A stretch of 64,000 nucleotides of DNA from the NCBI GenBank assembly GCA_963815195.1, contig CAWFGE010000012.1, forward strand, positions 512,001 through 576,000. Reading direction: 5' to 3'. Source of the DNA: an uncultured Planctomycetaceae bacterium (lineage in GTDB: Bacteria > Planctomycetota > Planctomycetia > Planctomycetales > Planctomycetaceae). This document shows, piece by piece, positions 61,308 to 64,000 of this stretch (position 1 is its first letter; the number at the start of each line of letters is the position of its first letter). The translations under genes and the position numbers were made by a program. Under the pieces are notes generated by a model. The model searched no databases. It saw only the letters and a list, made by a program, of their open reading frames with translations, and was not told where the DNA came from.

Positions 61308-61378
61308 GGGCTCATCGTCCAACAGGAAGATGCCGGTGTCGCAAGCCGGAGATCCCGGTGCAATTCCGGGTGGGTCCA
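61308..61378 (+). tRNA. tRNA-Ala(CGC)
   Basis: CCGGT-GTCGCAA-GCCGG; G3.U70. Confidence 0.85.
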
Positions 61379-61389
61379 CTCCTCAATAC

Positions 61390-61462
61390 AGTCCTGTGGC
61401 CTAGCGGCGAAGGCAGCTCCCTTACAAGGAGACGAGCGGGGGTTCGAGTCCCTCCAGGACTA
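61390..61462 (+). tRNA. tRNA-Val(TAC)
   Basis: CTCC-CTTACAA-GGAG. Confidence 0.88.
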
Positions 61463-61470
61463 CTCACCAC

Positions 61471-61544
61471 GCCCAGATACCCCAACCGGCAGAGCGACTC
61501 GGCTTAAAACCGAGTGTTTGCAGGTTCGATTCCTGCTCTGGGTC
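61471..61544 (+). tRNA. tRNA-Leu(TAA), short variable loop
   Basis: CTCGG-CTTAAAA-CCGAG. Confidence 0.8.
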
Positions 61545-61558
61545 GTGAAGACAAACTC

Positions 61559-61632
61559 GGCTCGGTAGGCAAATGGCAGACCACCTTGGCTTAGAACTAG
61601 GGATGCTGTGGGTTCGAGTCCCACCTGAGCCA
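61559..61632 (+). tRNA. tRNA-Leu(TAG), short variable loop
   Basis: CTTGG-CTTAGAA-CTAGG. Confidence 0.85.
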
Positions 61633-61645
61633 CTCAAACAAATAC

Positions 61646-61718
61646 GCCCTCGTGGAGCAGCGGAGTGCTCGCCTGCCTGTCACGCAGGAGATCGTCGGTT
61701 CAAATCCGATCGGGGGTG
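61646..61718 (+). tRNA. tRNA-Asp(GTC)
   Basis: CCTGC-CTGTCAC-GCAGG; G73. Confidence 0.9.
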
Positions 61719-61725
61719 CTGAAAT

Positions 61726-61802
61726 GGCACGGTACGCAAATGGAAAAGCGGCGAAGCTCAAACCTTCGTGATTGTCTGTGGGTTCGACTCCCTCCCGTGC
61801 TA
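61726..61802 (+). tRNA. tRNA-Leu(CAA), reduced variable arm
   Basis: CGAAG-CTCAAAC-CTTCG. Confidence 0.85.
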
Positions 61803-61815
61803 CTCAAATGATGAT

Positions 61816-61896
61816 GCGTCGGCTGGGCATTGGCGAGCCCAAGTGGCTGTAACCCACCCGCCTATCGCTGTGGCGGTTCGACTCCGTCCCGACGCA
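61816..61896 (+). tRNA. tRNA-Tyr(GTA)
   Basis: GTGG-CTGTAAC-CCAC; variable arm present. Confidence 0.85.
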
Positions 61897-61904
61897 CTCA
61901 AAAA

Positions 61905-61977
61905 GGCCCGTTCGTCTATCGGTTAAGGACACCAGCCTCTCACGCTGGAAAGATGGGTTCGATTCCCGTACGGGTCA
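61905..61977 (+). tRNA. tRNA-Glu(CTC)
   Basis: CCAGC-CTCTCAC-GCTGG. Confidence 0.9.
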
Positions 61978-61984
61978 CTGACTT

Positions 61985-62054
61985 TGCAGGTGCGGCAGGT
62001 GCCCAATCGGCTTTCATAAGGCCGGTGTGCTCGGCTCGATACCGGGACCTGCAA
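61985..62054 (+). tRNA. atypical tRNA(CAT) with minimal D-arm and extended anticodon stem
   Basis: TGCAGGT/ACCTGCA acceptor; ATCGGCT-TTCATAA-GGCCGGT; T-loop CTCGATA. Confidence 0.65.
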
Positions 62055-62069
62055 CTTATCCAACATTGA

Positions 62070-62138
62070 CGCGGGTGAGCCAGTGCTCATTCAGGCCTCA
62101 TAAGCCAGAACAGCCGGGTGCGACTCCCGGACCCGCTA
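62070..62138 (+). tRNA. atypical tRNA(CAT) with 4-nt D-loop, extended anticodon stem and CAG variable loop
   Basis: GCGGGT/ACCCGC; GAGC-CAGT-GCTC; TTCAGGC-CTCATAA-GCCAGAA; CCGGG-TGCGACT-CCCGG. Confidence 0.65.
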
Positions 62139-62146
62139 CTTGTCCA

Positions 62147-62221
62147 GGCCGGGTACGCAAACCGGAAAAGCGGGCAGGTCGAGAACGTGCGATTCTGTGG
62201 GTTCGACTCCCACTCTGGTCA
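62147..62221 (+). tRNA. tRNA-Leu(GAG), degenerate (C33, G.G stem mismatch)
   Basis: GCAGG-TCGAGAA-CGTGC; D-arm similar to Leu(CAA). Confidence 0.7.
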
Positions 62222-62228
62222 CTCGAAT

Positions 62229-62301
62229 GATCCCGTGGTCCAGTGGCGAAGACGCCTGGATGACACCCAGGAGATCGGTAGTTCGATTCTACCCGGGATC
62301 A
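62229..62301 (+). tRNA. tRNA-Val(GAC)
   Basis: CCTGG-ATGACAC-CCAGG. Confidence 0.88.
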
Positions 62302-62313
62302 CTTGCGACAACT

Positions 62314-62384
62314 GGTCTGTAGGTGTTGTGGCCGCACGCCGCTGTGGTAAGGCGGAAGACCGGGTTCAATCCCCGGACGGACCT
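62314..62384 (+). tRNA. tRNA-Thr(GGT)
   Basis: CCGCT-GTGGTAA-GGCGG. Confidence 0.8.
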
Positions 62385-62394
62385 CTCGACAAAT

Positions 62395-62485
62395 GGGCCT
62401 GCATGCCGATGGAGGCGACTGATCCTTGCAAGATCGGTGGACCACCCCAAGGGGCGGTGCCCCGGTTCAACTCCGATCAGGTCCA
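62395..62485 (+). tRNA. tRNA-Ala(TGC) with hairpin insertion in the variable region
   Basis: TGATC-CTTGCAA-GATCG; G3.U70; extra GGACCACCCCAAGGGGCGGTGCC. Confidence 0.7.
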
Positions 62486-62496
62486 CTGAAGGAAAC

Positions 62497-62567
62497 GGGC
62501 TGATGGTCCAAGGGGAAGACACCGCCCTGGCGTGGCGGAAATCCGAGTTCGACTCTCGGTCAGTCCA
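62497..62567 (+). tRNA. tRNA-Ala(GGC)
   Basis: CCGCC-CTGGCGT-GGCGG; G3.U70. Confidence 0.85.
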
Positions 62568-62576
62568 CTCACATAC

Positions 62577-62664
62577 GGAAGGTAACCGAATTGGCTTAGG
62601 AAACTGGGTGCTAACCAGTCGCCCTGGAACTGGGGTTGGATGGGTTCGATTCCCCCACCTTCCG
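62577..62664 (+). tRNA. tRNA-Ser(GCT), degenerate
   Basis: GGAAGGT/ACCTTCC-G; ACTGG-GTGCTAA-CCAGT; long variable arm. Confidence 0.7.
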
Positions 62665-62669
62665 CTTAT

Positions 62670-62741
62670 GGCTCGATGGTGAAACGGACATCATGTCTCG
62701 CTTCTAACGAGATGTTCCAGGTTCAAATCCTGGTCGAGCTA
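62670..62741 (+). tRNA. tRNA-Arg(TCT)
   Basis: TCTCG-CTTCTAA-CGAGA. Confidence 0.9.
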
Positions 62742-62775
62742 TTCCACATCACTGTGGAGGAAAAACTATCAACAT

Positions 62776-62849
62776 GGTGTCCGTGGTGTATGCGGTAGGC
62801 ACGCCTGCCTGTGAAGCAGGAAGTGAGGGTTCAACTCCCTTCGGTCACC
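62776..62849 (+). tRNA. tRNA-His(GTG)
   Basis: CCTGC-CTGTGAA-GCAGG; G-1:C73. Confidence 0.88.
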
Positions 62850-62864
62850 CTTCGACAACGTCAT

Positions 62865-62938
62865 GCCGACGTGGCTCGACTAAGAAAGGCGCCGCTCTTG
62901 TAAAGCGGCTTATGCTGGTGCAAATCCAGTCGTCGGCT
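62865..62938 (+). tRNA. tRNA-Thr(TGT)
   Basis: CCGCT-CTTGTAA-AGCGG. Confidence 0.85.
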
Positions 62939-63023
62939 CTTTTTGGTTTTGGTGGCTGAAATGTCGATTCACCATTATTCGCTTACGCGGCGCTGAGCTA
63001 TGTTCTGTCATGTGATTGAAAAA

Positions 63024-63095
63024 GTCCCGATGGTGTAACGGACAACACGAGACTTTCCTAAAGTTTCGATCCTGGTTCGATTCCAGGTCGGGATA
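63024..63095 (+). tRNA. tRNA-Arg(CCT)
   Basis: AGACT-TTCCTAA-AGTTT. Confidence 0.88.
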
Positions 63096-63106
63096 CTCAA
63101 CAACTG

Positions 63107-63177
63107 GCCTTGCGAGTGTGAGGGACGCACGGCGGTCTTCGGAACCGCAAGACGGGGTTCGACTCCCTGGCGAGGTG
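63107..63177 (+). tRNA. tRNA-Arg(TCG)
   Basis: GCGGT-CTTCGGA-ACCGC. Confidence 0.85.
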
Positions 63178-63265
63178 CTTGCAGAAGCGGAGAGCCAAGG
63201 GCGGAGAGCACAGAGCCAAACCGATTATATACCAAGCGTTCCGGCTCTCAACTCTCCGCTGTTTT

Positions 63266-63338
63266 GTCCTTGGAGTGTGCCGGATTCGCACGCGAGCCCG
63301 CGAAGCTCGCAGACCAGGTTCAATTCCTGGCGAGGACA
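63266..63338 (+). tRNA. tRNA-Arg(GCG), C33
   Basis: CGAGC-CCGCGAA-GCTCG. Confidence 0.8.
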
Positions 63339-63349
63339 TTTTCGATATG

Positions 63350-63421
63350 GACGCTGGAGCCGGATGGTGAGGCGGCTGCCTGCAAAGCAGCCAGAAGTGG
63401 GTTCGATTCCCACCGGCGTCT
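63350..63421 (+). tRNA. tRNA-Cys(GCA)
   Basis: GCTGC-CTGCAAA-GCAGC; U73. Confidence 0.9.
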
Positions 63422-63423
63422 CT

Positions 63424-63496
63424 GACCGACCAACTGCCGGTTCGGACTACATCCTGTAAAGAGGCGTGTCTGAACTTATTCCTTCGTTGGAAGGTC
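63424..63496 (+). ncRNA. Y-RNA-like scaffold unit 1 (short; Tyr-anticodon-like loop)
   Basis: GACC..CCAAC/GTTGG..GGTC outer stem; TGCCG; GTTCGGAC/GTCTGAAC inner stem; TACAT; CTGTAAA loop. Confidence 0.6.
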
Positions 63497-63505
63497 GCGA
63501 TAAAA

Positions 63506-63679
63506 GCCCAACTGCCGGCTGGGAGTCCATGACGGTCCTAAGGTAGCGATGCCGGGCGACCGGCTAGTGAATGGCGCTCGAGTCTCTCCGAGATGAAGGG
63601 GCCAGTCAACAGTCAGCGATTGACTTCGCTGATACGGACGGCCGAAGCGAAAGCATCTCTTGGCCACCCTTCGTTGGGT
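63506..63679 (+). ncRNA. Y-RNA-like scaffold unit 2 carrying a 23S rRNA H69-H71-like insert
   Basis: GCCCAAC/GTTGGGT outer stem; GGCTGGGAG/CTCTTGGCC inner stem; ACGGTCCTAAGGTAGCGA...GAATGGCG insert. Confidence 0.65.
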
Positions 63680-63690
63680 CACAACAAAAC

Positions 63691-63800
63691 GGCGACTGCC
63701 AGTTCGGAATACATCGGCTGTCCAGTGAGTCTGGCGATCGCTTTGCGATTGGCGGGTTCGATTCCCGTACGGAATTGTTTCTGACCACAACTTCGTCGCC
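63691..63800 (+). ncRNA. Y-RNA-like scaffold unit 3 with a T-arm-containing insert
   Basis: GGCGAC/GTCGCC outer stem; GTTCGGAATA/TGTTTCTGAC; GCGGG-TTCGATT-CCCGT. Confidence 0.6.
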
Positions 63801-63810
63801 ACCAAAAAAC

Positions 63811-63946
63811 GACCGACTGCCGAATTGGAGTCCATGGCTCATAACCCGGGAGTGTGGGTTCGAATCCCACCGGCGCCACTTGAAACCGAGCGCCGTAGCT
63901 TAATGGCAGAGCACCGTAAGTCTCTGGTTCAACCACCTCGTCGGTC
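63811..63946 (+). ncRNA. YrlA-like Y RNA (unit 4) with circularly permuted tRNA(CAU) domain
   Basis: GACCGAC/GTCGGTC outer stem; GCCGAA; T-arm precedes a loop-closed acceptor stem and the D-arm. Confidence 0.75.
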
Positions 63947-64000
63947 ATCTTGCATTTGAGGATAAAGGATTGAGCAATGTGTGTCCGTGTGGCGAGTTAC

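Noticed and set aside
62941..63020. additional tRNA in the gap between Thr(TGT) and Arg(CCT)
   Set aside because: No T-arm or acceptor pairing could be built
63529..63576. rRNA gene or rRNA operon fragment
   Set aside because: Only ~50 nt resemble 23S; it is rearranged and embedded in a repeated scaffold, with no flanking rRNA sequence
63836..63878. ordinary 25th tRNA-Met gene
   Set aside because: The 5' half lies downstream of the 3' half, so it is a permuted domain inside unit 4
61250..63948. short ORFs across the tRNA array
   Set aside because: They overlap structured RNA genes and show no protein motifs

Overview
GC-rich bacterial chromosome segment, most likely Planctomycetota (inferred from a DUF1559 prepilin-type protein, a DUF1580-like HTH, MfnB, several sulfatases and ECF/FecR pairs). 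From left to right: (1) housekeeping and accessory genes (P450, rhodanese, sulfatase, oxidoreductase, ankyrin protein, ECF sigma, ferredoxin); (2) a ~9.1-kb integrated element bounded by a 44-bp direct repeat of the tRNA-Lys(CTT) 3' end. It encodes an integrase, HTH proteins, an iteron-containing replication protein, a 40-bp x11 tandem array, a cos-like site, a double AlpA and an HK97-type major capsid protein, but no portal, terminase or tail, so it looks like a phage satellite; (3) kdpFA-orf-BCDE; (4) core genes (ABC pair, mfnB, an LRR-lipoprotein-fused SecDF, yajC, tgt, trpD, maf, macro domain, cmk, dinB) with REP-like repeats; (5) a 24-gene tRNA array with several atypical tRNAs, followed by four tandem ncRNA units. 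These units share a Y-RNA/YrlA-like scaffold but carry different inserts: an anticodon-like loop, a circularly permuted 23S rRNA H69-H71 mimic, a T-arm-containing module and a permuted tRNA(CAU). This last array is the most novel-looking signal. Many single-base frameshifts in the left half are probably assembly errors. All calls are from reading the sequence by eye; no searches were run.
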